The notes beneath the pieces are model-generated. The model was not told where the DNA came from. It saw nothing but the letters and a program-made list of their open reading frames with translations, and did no database searches. A DNA stretch of 64,000 nt. Origin: Macrostomum hystrix. Its lineage: Eukaryota; Animalia; Platyhelminthes. The position numbers and the translations under genes are program-made. Positions 13,738 to 27,147 of this stretch are shown one piece after another. The stretch's first letter is position 1, and every line of letters starts with the position of its first letter. The stretch is from NCBI GenBank assembly GCA_950097015.1, contig CATNEN010000039.1, positions 7,502,001-7,566,000 on the forward strand. Reading direction: 5' to 3'.

Positions 13738-14331
13738 CAATCTACCAGTTCTTGTCCTCCAATCTACCAGTTCTTGTCCTCCAATCTACCAGTTCTTGTC
13801 CTCCAATCTACCAGTTCTTGTCCTCCAATCTACCAGTTCTTGTCTTCCAATCTACCAGTTCTTCTTGTCCTCCAATCTACCAGTTCTTGTCTTCCAATCT
13901 ACCAGTTCTTGTCTTCCAATCTACCAGTTCTTGTCCTCCAATCTACCAGTTCTTGTCCTCCAATCTACCAGTTCTTGTCTTCCAATCTACCAGTTCTTGT
14001 CTTCCAATCTACCAGTTCTTGTCCTCCAATCTACCAGTTCTTGTCTTCCAATCTACCAGTTCTTGTCTTCCAATCTACCAGTTCTTGTCTTCCAATCTAC
14101 CAGTTCTTGTCTTCCAATCTACCAGTTCTTGTCTTCCAATCTACCATTTCTTGTCTTCCAATCTACCAGTTCTTGTCTTCCAATCTACCAGTTCTTGTCT
14201 TCCAATCTACCAGTTCTTGTCTTCCAATCTACCATTTCTTGTCTTCCAATCTACCATTTCTTGTCTTCCAATCTACCATTTCTTGCCTTCCAATCTACCA
14301 GTTCTTGTCTTCCAATCTACCAGTTCTTGTC
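13738..14331. repeat. 22-bp minisatellite (CAATCTACCAGTTCTTGTCYTC)n
   Basis: About 27 tandem copies. Confidence 0.95.
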
Positions 14332-14977
14332 TTGTACGTTCTTGTCTAACAGATTTGCTGCCGCAGTGTTTTGTTTGATATTCTTAGGTATCAGAAAGTC
14401 ACACGTTTTGTCCGAGTTCTTGCAAATCAAAACAAAATTTGCTTAGGCAAATACCAAATCTAATCTATAACAGCAGTTTTGCTCAGAAACAAGCAACTCG
14501 GCTGGATGAGTCAATAATCTACTAAAAGAGGCCAGTTTTGTTGGTTGTATTTCCCTTCTGTGTTAACAGTCTAACCACTAAATAATAAATTAATTATAGG
14601 TTAGCGCGCAAATGCTGAATGCAATGAATGCTGAGTTCCTTTAATGTACAAAAAATAGAACTTTAAAGTGGTTCCAGCTAAGAAAAATTGTGGAACAAAC
14701 ACTCAGAGTAACTTACGTAAAAATTCACATTTAAATGAAGCTGTCAATATACAGAAATAACTAAACAATAAGAGGGAAGCAATTTAATACCCGTCTTGTC
14801 AGTAAAACAAAACTGAAAAGCTGGATTAAAAAATAATTTATTGAATCTACTGACAGCATTACGTAGGATTTTTACAGAGAATAATAATTTGTTACAGCAA
14901 AGCTTTATGCTTTAGAACCAATCGAAAAAAGTTTGTCGAGCAGTTTCAGAAAAAAACAAAGAAATATTAACAAATTG

Positions 14978-15290
14978 ATGGAGATTGGGGTGGATGGGCA
15001 GAGATTAGGGTGGCTGGATAGAGATTGGGGTGGATGGGCAGAGATGGGGGTGGATGGGCAGAGATTGGGTGGATGGATAGAGATTGGGGTGGATGGGCAG
15101 AGATAGGGGTGGATGGATAGAGATTGGGGTGGATGGATAGAGATTGGGGTGGCTGGATAGAGATTGGGGTGGATGGATAGAGATTGGGGTGGCTGGATAG
15201 AGATTAGGGTGGATGGATAGAGATTGGGGTGGATGGATAGAGACGGGTGGATGGATAGATTAGGAAAGATTAGCGTGGATGGATAGAGAT
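14978..15290. repeat. 20-bp minisatellite (GAGATTGGGGTGGATGGATA)n
   Basis: About 15 copies just downstream of the HP1 stop codon. Confidence 0.9.
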
Positions 15291-15375
15291 TAGTAGACGA
15301 AAGCAGATGAGATAAAAGAAATAATTTCAAGCACTAGTTGCGAGAACTTCGTTCATCGGTCAAGCAAAGCCCAGG

Positions 15376-16608
15376 TTACACCTTCGCGTCCTCATCATCG
15401 TCAAGGCACCAGGCGAGAGTGGACTCGTAGAATGCTATGACAAGCTCCGGGCAGCGAATGTTGGCCTGCTCGGCAGGGACCAACTCGACCTCGGAGGGCT
15501 GGCTGCTGCCCCGCCAGCGAATCAACAGGTGCAACTTGCCGTCCAGCTTGGCGGCGCCCACCACCTGGACGATAAATGGCTAATTATCATTCTCATTGTA
15601 CATGAGTTGTTCATCTGTCGCACCTGTCAGCCCCTAAGTTGTCCGTCTGTTTCAGCTGTCAGCCCGAGTTGTCAATCTGTTTCAGCTGTCAGCCCCTAAG
15701 TTGTCCGTCTCTTTTAGCTGTCAGCCCCTAAGTTGTCCGTCTGTTTCAGCTGTCAGCCCGAGTTGTCAATCTGTTTCAGCTGTCAGCCCCTAAGTTGTCC
15801 GTCTCTTTTAGCTGTCAACCCCTAAGTTGTCCGTCTGTTTCAGCTGTCAGCCCCTGAGTTTTCCGTCTGTTTCGGCTGTCACCGCCTGAGTTGTCAGTCT
15901 GTTTCAGCCGTCAGCCCCTGAGTTGTCCGTGTGTTTCAGTTGTCAGCCCCTAAGTTATTCTTCTGTTTCAGCTGTCAACACCTGAGTTGTCAGTCTGTTT
16001 CAGCCGTCAGCCCCTGAGTTGTCCGTGTGTTTCAGTTGTCAGCCCCTAAGTTGTTCTTCTGTTTCAGCTGTCAACACCTGAGTTGCCCCCTCTGTTTCAG
16101 CTGTCAGCCCCTGAGTTGACCTTCTCTATTTGCTGTCGGAAAAAGCTCTTAAGAATGACAGAAAAAACACCTTCTCCGGCTGCAGGCCACGGTCAAATCC
16201 CTGAGGACCACTGGAAATAGACTCGTCGCCCAAGATGCCTGCAACAGAAGGAGCCGCCTCAGAGGCTACAGACTCGGATGCAGATGGCGACTGTTGCTGA
16301 TTTGAAGGCTGTTGCTGCTGTTGCTGCTGTTTCTTGTTTTGCTTGGCACCGCTGCCTCGTTGAGACTTGCTGGACGCCTTTTTACTGGTAGCCGACTCGC
16401 GCATAAACTCTTCGATGAGCTCCGTGCAGTCGCAGTTTTCCTCTGGCTCCCAGGTGTCCTCCTCCGGGCCGTAGCCCTTCCAGCGAATGCGGAACTGCCG
16501 CTTACCGTTGCGCCGGCGCATTGCCAAGATTTTTTCAACCATGAACTCCTGCCCGGATTGCTCCGACCCGAACGACGTCTCCTCAACCTCTTCGGCTGAT
16601 GAGGGCAT
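15376..16608 (-). CDS. Heterochromatin protein 1 / chromobox family protein (about 208 aa, 2 exons)
   Basis: Exons 16608-16171 and 15564-15376 with a phase-0 GT-AG intron. Chromodomain EFMVEKIL...FRIRWKGYGPEEDTWEPEENCDCTELIEEF, Q-rich hinge, chromoshadow GFDRGLQPEKVVGA...LIRWRG...ELVPAEQANIRCPELVIAFYE. Confidence 0.92.
15612..16118. repeat. 32-34-bp intronic minisatellite (CTGTTTCAGCTGTCAGCCCCTAAGTTGTCCGT)n
   Basis: About 15 degenerate copies filling the HP1 intron. Confidence 0.9.
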
Positions 16609-16699
16609 TTTGTACTTTATTCTGCTGCAGTGCAACGCAAGTTTAATGATCGTTGCAGTTCGAGTGAATTATGCTGCTGCAGAAATAAACTACAAGTGT

Positions 16700-17786
16700 G
16701 TCTAACAGGCTAAACAGTGTCTAATAATCAGAGCAGTTTCTAATAGGCTGAGCAGTGTCAAATAGGCTGAGCAGTTTCTAATAGGCTGAGCAGTGTCAAA
16801 TAGGCTGAGCAGTTTCTAATAGGCTGAGCAGTTTCTAATAGGCTGAGCAGTTTCTAATAAGCTGAGCAGTGTCTAATAGGCTGAGCAGTGTCTAATAGGC
16901 TGAGCAGTTTCTAATAAGCTGAGCAGTGTCTAATAGGCTGAGCAGTTTCTAATAGGCTGAGCAGTGTCTAATAGGCTGAGCAGTTTCTAATAGGCTGAGC
17001 AGTTTCTAATAAGCTGAGCAGTTTCTAATAAGCTGAGCAGTGTCTAATGGGCTGAGCAGTTTCTAATAGACTGAGCAGTGTCTAATAGACTGAGCAGTTT
17101 CTAATAGGCTGAGCAGTTTCTAATAAGCTGAGCAGTGTCTAATAGGCTGAGCAGTGTCTAATAGGCTGAGCAGTTTCTAATAAGCTGAGCAGTGTCTAAT
17201 AGGCTGAGCAGTTTCTAATAGGCTGAGCAGTTTCTAATAGGCTGAGCAGTGTCTAATAGGCTGAGCAGTTTCTAATAGGCTGAGCAGTTTCTAATAAGCT
17301 GAGCAGTGTCTAATGGGCTGAGCAGTTTCTAATAGACTGAGCAGTGTCTAATAGACTGAGCAGTTTCTAATAGGCTGAGCAGTTTCTAATAAGCTGAGCA
17401 GTGTCTAATAGGCTGAGCAGTGTCTAATAGACTGAGCAGTGTCTAAGGGGCTGAGCAGTTTCTAATAAGCTGAGCAGTGTCTAATAGGCTGAGCAGTTTC
17501 TAATAGGCTGAGCAGTTTCTAATAGGCTGAGCAGTGTCTAATAGGCTGAGCAGTTTCTAATAGGCTGAGCAGTTTCTAATAAGCTGAGCAGTTTCTAATA
17601 AGCTGAGCAGTGTCTAATGGGCTGAGCAGTTTCTAATAGACTGAGCAGTGTCTAAGGGGCTGAGCAGTTTCTAATAGACTGAGCAGTGTCTAATAGGCTG
17701 AGCAGTGTCTAATAGGCTGAGCAGTTTCTAATAGGCTGAGCAGTGTCTAATAGGCTGAGCAGTGTCTAATAGGCTGAGCAGTGTCT
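16700..17786. repeat. 19-bp minisatellite (CTAATAGGCTGAGCAGTKT)n
   Basis: About 57 copies starting about 90 bp upstream of the HP1 ATG. Confidence 0.95.
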
Positions 17787-18371
17787 GGTAGAGACAAATG
17801 AGAAGGCTTTCTGGTTTTTCGCAGAAAAACTGACTAGAGGGCTACGTAAGGTATTGTTTATTCCCGAATTAAAAATATATCGTGAACAGAGTGAAGTTAG
17901 CAAACGACAGCAAAATATTTGATGTGGGATAATAGGTGGACTAGAAATGACAATGCTTAATTGCTAAACAAATAGTATAAAACAATGAAAATCATATTTA
18001 AATAAAACTGAAGAAGGAAAAGTCGTATACAGTATACTACAAGAGCTGCATTAAAAAACTTGAGTATATAAATTAAAACACGGAAGGTAAACAAAAAATT
18101 TTAATTTTAAGAGCAAAAAGTTAAATAAAAAAGTTAAAAAGTCTAAGATTTAATTCAAACCATTGGCAGCACCAATAACGGCGTAAACTGGAACGATCAG
18201 AGAGCAAAAAACAAATAGAAAAATCGGGTGTGAATTTAAATAATCTAAGAAAACATTGAGCGTATATATACAACTAACGGTATATGGTACTCAAAATATG
18301 GTACTTTGACATACGAGCAAAAAGTCTATGAAATTAAATGAAATTTTTTAGTCGAACACCATACTACTCAG

Positions 18372-19954
18372 TCAGATAAGGGTGTAGTAGTCTGTGTAGC
18401 CCAGTGCAGTTCCCGCAGTTGCTGGAGTGCGGCCGACTCGTTGCTGACGCCGATTTGTGCGCACGAACTGGCGTCTCCTCGTCAGCTGGCGGGCCAGAGA
18501 GCATGCCAGACAGACAGCCAGCAGCTGAATTGACAGGCTGCCGACCAGCACTGCTGTAACTAGCCAGGCGTTGCTTAGCAACCAATGTCCGGCAGCTGTC
18601 AAGCATCCGTCAGCGAAGACGCGCACTGTAACATTGGAAGCTAAGGAGATGCTACAGCTGCTGCGGTACTCGGGTCGGCAGCAGGAGGCCGGCAGGCTGC
18701 AGAGCAGGCTTGAAGCTGGCCTGTCGGCCTGTTGGCAGCGGTGTACAGTCGAGTATCGCCACCAGTCGATGTAGGCGGCAGGTCCGACAAGGCCGCAGCA
18801 GCTGAAAGCAGACTGGGCGGCTTCCAGACCGTCAGCCAGGCTGGTGCCAATTTTATAACTGTCGCGAGCTGCAAAAACCCTGGCTCGCGTTGCGTTGACA
18901 GCGTTGATTAGGCGTTGCCATGGCAACTGGTCACAGAGAGTATCAGATAATTGGCAAGTGATTAGCAGGCAGATAATGGCCAGCTGGCACAGGACAATGA
19001 GAATGACACAGGCGCTGAACTGGAACAGGTTTTAGACAGGTGTTTCTAGTCTAAGGAGGGGTGTGACGCCTTACCAGTCCGTGGACTGTGCAACTGTTCG
19101 CAGCCTTTGGAAGCGCCGTGCAATGGAAATTAAGTTGGCATAAAACTAAATATAATACTAAATCACGAGATTGAACTCACGAACCGCAGGCAGCAAGGCT
19201 GCTCTCTCAGCGATCCGGTGCAAGCAAAGGTGGACACAATGAGAACCACCGAGCAGATGAGCAGCAGAGAACAAACTGGGTCCAACAGGGCTGCTTGAAT
19301 AGACTGCTGGCTTGTTGAACTGCTCACAATCTGCCAGGCAGCAAAGCAGCAGGCAATGATGGACAAGCCCTACAAAAGTGCATATTGTAAACATTTTCAG
19401 AGCTAAGCAGATTGTCACAATAGCAGCGTGCTGTATGCTGCACAGTTAAAAATAGTTTACAGATATTACACCAGACGGCTTTGCAGGAGCTAATTATAAT
19501 AATTGCAAGAGGGCTGTGAGCAAAGGCTCTAGACCTGCAGCCAGCGAGGAGGCAATTCTGCCCATTTCGATGACTCCTGAGCACACGCGCACATAGCTTC
19601 TCATCGTCAGGCAGTACTTTCACTTTGCCTAGGAGGTTGGCCTTCGAGGGCGTAAATTGCACAACAAGCACCCGAGCCCTTTTTCCGTGGCTGCGAAATC
19701 AAGCTTAGGAATCTTGGAGCAAAAGGCAAACACGCTGCCACTCACCCCCGTTACAATGACTTAACAGATATAATAAATAGAATACAAAAACTTACCCAGA
19801 TAGCAAAGCTAGTCGAGCAGACATAATACTTGGCACATTTACTAACACGAGGCGATTGGGACTGAGTTGTCCAAGAAACAGTCATTGAATCCAATGGGTG
19901 CTGTTGTCGAACAGCTGATTGAAATATATTAGAATTCTGATAGGTCATCTCCAT
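18372..19954 (-). CDS. Tetraspanin (about 331 aa, 3 exons)
   Basis: Exons 19954-19796, 19369-19181 and 19019-18372 with phase-0 GT-AG introns. Four hydrophobic segments, KCAKY before TM1, GSLRE..CCLRF loop, EC2 with CCG, PASCC and a terminal GC. Confidence 0.88.
19490..19750 (-). mobile_element. tRNA-derived SINE family 1, degenerate copy in tetraspanin intron 1
   Basis: Reverse complement matches 29200-29575, including GGAGTCATCGAAATGGGCAGAATTGCCTCCTC and an (ATT)n tail. Confidence 0.75.
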
Positions 19955-21568
19955 GACTATGCATACATTTGTTTAACTCGAGATTTCAATTATTTAATTT
20001 CACTAGCTGAAATAGTTGAACAGACATTCAAATGCACTTTAGTTTTAACAATAATAGCTAACTAAGGCGTAGTAACAATGTCACACTGAGTTGTAATGAG
20101 TTGTTGGATTGTGGACATTTGTCTTGTTTTAATTAATTATACTATTTACACCAATATAAAAACAGGAACAAAATTATAAGGTTAGAGAGGGCCTGAAGAA
20201 AAAAATAATACCTAGGCTTTACTTATAACAAAAAATTTTTGTTGCCTTATCCTGTTTTGTTATAACAAATAACTACATAAAGACAAAATATTTAAATAGT
20301 ATAAAACTACAAATATAATCCAAAAAAACTAAATAGACCTAAAGGGTGTGTAAAATGGACTGTGATAAATAAAAATGGATTCAAGCTCAAATTATAAATC
20401 AGAAGGTTATAATTAAGTCAACATAAACCTAATTTCCCCATAGAGCCATAAACCCACCCCAACCATGGCCAATTAGAAAGGAGGAAATTGCATTATTTTT
20501 ATTATTTAAATTATTTATGATTAATGATGATTATGATTTACTTTTTGATAATTTAAATTAAATTATTTGACAACAAAAAAATAGAAAAATGTGAAGTGTG
20601 GTAAAAATAAATTTTTATTTGTTTATTTTTAATTTAAATTTAAAGATTAAAATAAATTTAATTTAAACATTTTAAATTCAGTATGTGAATATCTAATAAT
20701 ATTCATAGTCCAAGCTCAACTAACTAACCCTGACATGAGTCCAAAGCACAAAAATACTTAGGCAATGCTTTGATTTACTAGCTTTTAGTCTAATTTAAAC
20801 AAATTTTAAAACTTTCATACAACAACAAACTTACAAACTTTTCAGCCCTTGCCACACTCAGAGCAAGGCTAGTCTTGCTACAGCCTTGGTGGAATTCATG
20901 TACAATCCCACTTTCTCAGAAAACAAATTTGGCAACATTCTCTTTTAGATTAGTCTTTATAATTATCTTGCTTGACTCTTCATTTGGCTCACCAAACTCT
21001 AAAAATTAGTACAATGCTAAAAAAATGTCAAAAGTTTCAAAAAGTTTCAGCAACAAAAAGAACATTGTGAAAACTTGTAACTTGCAAAGTACAAGCCTTA
21101 GACTCTCAGCTTAGGCCTAGCTAGGCTTATTCATGATGTCATATGATGCAATAGCTATGCTTTGTTACTATATATTCAGAACTCTAGCCTATTAGCTACA
21201 GTTCCTAAGTTGCATTCCATAATTACAGAACTCTAGCCTAGATACAGAATATAGCTAGTATATAGGCCTCATATATAATTAAATAGTTTTTATATTTCTA
21301 GGCCTATAATAACAAAATATTTATATATAGTTATTATAGCTATATATAGTTATTTATAAATTTGCATATTTTTATTTTTCAAAAAAATTATATAAAAATA
21401 TAGTTTATTATAAATAGGCCCATATATTTTTATATAATTTATCATGGACATTTCAATTTCATGGTCCTAGGAGACTCACATTATTTGTAATCACAGTTGT
21501 GATAGAAAATGGCCATGATCACGCACAAGCATGATGAAAGTCACAATCATGGTTGGTCCCTAGTATAT

Positions 21569-21995
21569 AGATCCTAGACACTTTGTCATATTACAATTTC
21601 GTCATCTTACAACTTTGTCATCCACTTGGAAGGTAGGACACTTTGTTATCCAGCCAATTGGCATGCTTTAAAGTTTGGTCAGTTCGTTATCTACTAATAA
21701 CAAGCAATCTAGTTTGTCATCAATAAAGTGAGGGTGGCGTGGTGGGGCAGAGGTGTGAACACACTTCACACTCTAAATTGTCAAAAAAAGGTGTCGAAAC
21801 TGATTTCATTATAAGAGTTGAAAAATAGGTGCCAACACGATGTGAGGAGGGGTGGTTGTTCTAACTTTGAAAACTTTTGTTTTATAGATGACAAAGTGTC
21901 CACAAGTCAAGTCTCTTTGTCATCCATCCTCTGAGATATTGGACAGATTGTCATCTGGATGACGAAGTTGTAAGATGACGAAGTGTCCAGGTTCC
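21569..21995. mobile_element. MITE with 9-bp TSD (Mutator/MULE-like)
   Basis: Imperfect TIR of about 40 bp (AGATCCTAGACACTTTGTCATATTACAATTTCGTCATC vs GGAACCTGGACACTTCGTCATCTTACAACTTCGTCATC). CTAGTATAT is duplicated at 21560-21568 and 21996-22004. Confidence 0.75.
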
Positions 21996-22099
21996 CTAGT
22001 ATATATAGCCCTATGTATACAATCAGAACATATTTCATAGGCCTAACTAAAATAGGCCCTAAGACTGAAAAACTGAAATCCATTATATAAAAATTCATA

Positions 22100-22742
22100 G
22101 GGTAATGTATCATCAACCAAACAAGAATGTGTATTTTTTTAACTTCAAACTTAAGCTACAGATTTCTATTTAAGATATGATGATAAATCAAAAGCCAAGT
22201 TATAGAAAACAGTTACATCTTTCTAAAAAGTATCTGCTTTTGCTATTTTGTCAAATAGAAAAAAAGTTATTCCTGCTTTTTATCTAAAACCGAACAATGA
22301 TTTTCATGTATCTTCAAACCAAACAGAGAATTTGATGTTTGGTTTTATAATTTGAGTGAGTGGTTTAATCTTATTTTAAGGAGTGAACTATCATGAATCA
22401 TGTCATTTGAAAGCATTTTTCATGTTCTATAAATAACTACATTTATGGTCATTTAATTGGCAAGCAACCATATACAATCTTCGTCTAAAGTACGTACTGA
22501 AAAAAATGTTGTTAAAAAGTATGCTTTTGCAATAAAAATTTCTACTGAAACATCAATATCTTTCTTTCCTCTTAATGCTTCATTGCACATCATGCCTCAG
22601 CTTGTAGATAATTTCTTCAACTTTCAAATTAGTTGTTCTGTGAAACACAATAGCTTGTTTCTGTCTTGCACGAGACCAAGGAAGGAGTCAAAATTCTTGT
22701 TCGGTTTTGAAGATACACTGTTCGGTTGATGATACATTACCC
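22100..22742. mobile_element. MITE with TA TSD (Tc1/mariner-pogo-like)
   Basis: TIR GGGTAATGTATCATCAACCRAACA at both ends, each flanked by TA. Confidence 0.75.
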
Positions 22743-24849
22743 TACTTAGGGGCCTATTAAGTCATTATTTGTATTTGACAGGAAACCAAAAAATGGTAGT
22801 AAAAAGTAAGGCTAAAACAGTATTGCCTAGATTTTCAAGGTATAAATAATGAATTTAAGCCCACCTATAGGCTAGAGCTACATAGTTTTAGAAGAAAAGA
22901 GGATAAAAACTAAAATGATAAGACTTGACACAACATATAAAAGACAGCATCACATGTACATAATACTTAGAGGGCAGTGTATGTGCATAGGCCTAGCGGC
23001 CCTAGCCTACTCAAGTTAAGGACTGATTACTACATTTTACCAATGACACTGGATTTCCTACAGTACATAGGCCTAGTGTCATAAATAGGCCAAAACTAGC
23101 TGTGGCCATACATAATGTGCAACTGGCACTAGCACAGTTGCTAGGCCTAGCACATAGGCTTAGGTATAGGCCTATTACAACTTAAACTTCAGAATTAGTT
23201 GACTAGGCATTGTTGTGTTGTTGTGTCCATTGGCCTAATTAAAAATTACATAGTTTTAGCTAGGGCCTAGCCTCTAGCTAGATGTCATAGGCCTCTAAAA
23301 TATATGTTCTAGACTTCTAGCTTCTACAGCTATATAATAAAGGATAATACTAATAGCACTAACTTTTAAGTTTCGGCAATAAAAATAAGAATGGTACTAT
23401 TGTCAACATCTGAGCCTCAAGGACCACATGAAGAAGAGCAGTCCTTCTGGTTTCTTCTAGTGGTCCTTGGAACAGCTATAACCGAAAATGTTACGATACG
23501 AATGTAAGTGACGTTTACATTCGAAACTTAAATTTTCGCTACTTAGAAAATTCAGTATTAGCTGTTTATATGCACTATTAAGGGAACATAATATTTCTAA
23601 AGTCGAGTGGATTGGAGTAGGCCCTACTAGGTTTCAAAATACCTATAGCCTATAATACAAATACTTCTTAAAGTCTTCCGGATTTGTCACGCAAATAGTT
23701 TCTTATCTCTTGCCTTTTTCACCAAAATAAGCAAATATTCTTGAGAGCTCATTTGTGAAAATACATTTTTTAATTCTAAGCAATCTTATAGTTAGATCTA
23801 TCTTTTGTTAGAATTATTAGTATATGCCATAATTCATAGGCCTTATAAGCCATATAAACCATAATCATAAAAGCCGACTATTTGCGCGAATTTTACATGT
23901 TTTGCATATTCTAGTTTTTTGCGTTATGAGAGTGGAATGTGCTCCATGGTCCACTCCTTGTGCATTTATTTCATATTTAAATGGATCGTCATAAAAGTAT
24001 GACGTTTTGTAGTCTTGACTGTTCGATGGAGCCAGTGTACATTCGCACTGGCTTATAAATTTTATTCCGCTTTTAACAACTTTCGAAATCGATCTAAATA
24101 ACTTTTGTAATTGCAATACGGGCGACTCTCATCTCCTCCCTGCGTCTTGGACCGCAGTGCAGCTACGGCAAAAAATAGTAATTTCTCTACTGGCTCAGAA
24201 ATTAGCATACTTCTCTGCGGCGCAGACAAAATTTGCGTCGCTGCGCCGCGGTGAGGCTGAAACCCGGCCATTATTCTTAAGTCACATGTAATAATTATAA
24301 TAATTGTAATAATAATAATTAAGTCACATGTAGAGATCCAGTACTGGTTGCAATTTCGCGGCGCAGGATAACAGTCAGATATGCCTCTGTGCTCCTGACT
24401 AACCGTTGGTGCGAGGCAATTTAGTATGTGCTCCATGGTCCACTCCTTGGGTGCCACCTGACCGAAAAGCACGCGGTTCAACACATATGGGCGACCTCAC
24501 TTGTCACACAGTGGATGCGCAGTGCCTCGATGGGCACCTCCTCCTGCTGCCGCTGCAAATAGACTGTCGCCATAGCTTCTTCCGCCTCGCGACTAGGTTG
24601 CCTGCTCAGACGGAGCCTCTACGACTCTTCCCAAGCTTGCTGAATCGCGGGGTCGTTCTGCCAGACCGGCATCCCATGCTGACACTTACTCGACGCCTCC
24701 ACGCTTGCCGCCGAATGATGAAAGCGGCTGTTCTTCCAGCATCTTTGAGGGCGCGGTAGTAGTAGCGCCACGGTGCCAGTTTTGCAGACGGTAAAGCGGT
24801 GCGCGTATTTTGAGGTCGCAAACGAGGAGCCGATGATCGGCAGAACAGT

Positions 24850-25900
24850 TAATTAACAGTTAACGGCGGCGCTCTCGGAAGCGCATAAGCCCGAGATCGA
24901 GCTGTGCCAACCTTCGCGTAGCAAACCGGCCGCGCGCATTCCGCCGCCTCCGCTTGCAGCCCACGAAATTTAAGAGCCTGCTGGGTGGCTTTCGGAAGCG
25001 GTTGTTGGCCGCCACCATAACCGGCCTCTCCTGGACGTCCTCCAGCGCTTGAGTGTCGCAAAAAGCCCCGCCTGCAGATTGCAGATAGATTAGGACTCAT
25101 CTGAAGCTATAGTTGGAAAAGAGATCGATGGAAATTATGTCATCATCATTTGAACCAGTTGGACAGTAGGTGCAGATTCGCCAGATGCACTAATTGCTGG
25201 GTGTTTTCAAAGGATCTCTACCGAGCTGTCCTGTCTACTGTCAGCTTTTCGTACGTGCCTCTCGTATCTTGGAAGGCCGCGCAAAGCAGCCCCGAGTGCG
25301 CCGAATCCAGCTGCCGCTGTATCGTAGCCGCCACTGTCCACATCATGACGTTGTACAGCGGGACGGTCTTGACCGCCGCCTGCGACACGAGCCTTCTTGC
25401 GGTCGAGCAGGAGGACGGTGCGGCGGACAGACCGGTAGGTACCTTGTCCTTCAGCATTGACGACAAGGCTGACGCTTGCCGCCACCTAAACAATCTGGCG
25501 CTGGACGCCTTCAACTGACGAAGGCAGGAGGGTGAGGTCTTTGGAGTTGCCTTGTACGCTGAGGCACTTCTCGGTTCGGCTCGATGACTTTCTGAGACTC
25601 TTGATAACGCCACCGAACTGATCTAGTGCAGCAAAGCGCTTCGGTAGGAAATACTGGTAGCCGCATGCAAACGTTAATCCAGCAAGAGCAGCTGCAGAAT
25701 ATGCACACCCCTAGGTTGCAGGAAATCAATTCTGCTTGCCTGTATTCGGTAGCCGAGAAACCACGAGCCATTGTGGACGCCCCACATGCATCTGAAGTAT
25801 GAAATGTAGCTATTCAGTTCGAGCCGTAGGCGCCGATTAACTTCCACGGCAAAGTCCTGGCGAACCTATCCACCATTTGACTCCAGCTGCTTCATCAGAA
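24850..25900 (-). pseudogene. Degenerate non-LTR retrotransposon (RTE-like) 3' fragment
   Basis: Peptide QAAVKTVPLYNVMMWTVAATIQRQLDSAHSGLLCAAF resembles the post-RT region of RTE-like LINEs; many stops and frameshifts; boundaries approximate. Confidence 0.5.
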
Positions 25901-27147
25901 ACATGTGCAGATGTGATGTGACCGAATTGGCAGATTTTGCTGGTGCATAAAAACAAAAACCAGATCAACCCGATTTGTTTTTTTACGAAAGTTACACGAA
26001 AAAACCTGGCTCATGCAGATACATCGCTGAAAGATCACGAACTGGATGGGAATCGAAATTATTTGAAAAAACGCGCCTAATGCCTTTTTCTCTTAACAAG
26101 CTGCTGGCTGCACTGATCAAAATATTTAAACGTCAAGGCCGACGGCTCACGCGGCTTCTCTGATAAATCAGCACGACTCTAATCGCAGTCTTGACTCTGC
26201 TTTGCTGGTCACGCAACAGTCGGGCTTCAGGAAGACGCGTTTGCACAGGAGATCGCCACTGAAGCCTAGCAGATTACTTTTTTCCCCAAGATTTCTTTTT
26301 TTAATGAAGTGGATTAATTTCGAAGAAGATTATCTGTATCTGGGTGTGTGGCAGCATCATTCTGAGCTTTTTAGCGCACGCAATCCGGACGTACGAGGAG
26401 ATTCCCTCAGAGAAAACCCAGTTGACAGTTTTCTAGAAATTTGTATCCTAAATTTGAGTTATTTATTAGCTCGGTATTGATTGCTACAACGTAGTTAGCC
26501 AACACGAGAGCGATAGGTAAAATGTAAGATGCATACTAAGCTGTAGAATAACTTGACAGTCCTTGCTTTACAATACACAGCATAATATCGGTGTAAGCTT
26601 GGCTTCTATACTTTTTAATCACTTTTTTCGAAAGAACACAGAACAACGCAACACAGAACAGGATGAAGCAGAAAAATTTAATATAACAATAGAAGAAAGC
26701 ATTAACAATGATTATCCTGTACGTGACGCAGACATCTTTTTATAAACGGCTTGATAAAGCCCCTTGGAAACTGCGCGAGCTAAACAAAAGATGGGGAATT
26801 AAAATTCGTTGATGAAAAGCGGGATGAAAGAGTAGTGGAGTTCAGATCTGCAGTCGTGGAAATCATTCTGGTCTAGTACATGTGCGGAGAGACGTTTCAG
26901 CTAGGCAGCCAATGGCAATAAAGCGGCCAGAGATGAAGAAATGCGTCTCATGGGTGCAGAAGGGGACAGAGAGACGAAAATTGCTGTGATTGGAGATGTG
27001 GAAAAGCAGAGTACAGTCTCAAAGCAATTATAACTAGAGCGCCAGTAAAAGACAGAAGCCGCGTTGTCAGCTGAATCGAAATCGCTCTCTGCGAACTGAA
27101 GCGAGATACAAAATCGACTTTGTTTGGCAAGACAAGTTGCGTTGTCG

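Noticed and set aside
10933-14446. Repetitive ORFs (AISTDPKIP, PSSHPSAVI, SSNLPVLV)
   Set aside because: Read-through of minisatellites in an intron and downstream of the gene
10950-17786. CRISPR-like appearance of the 19-33-bp repeat arrays
   Set aside because: Units are contiguous with no unique spacers, there are no cas genes, and the context is eukaryotic
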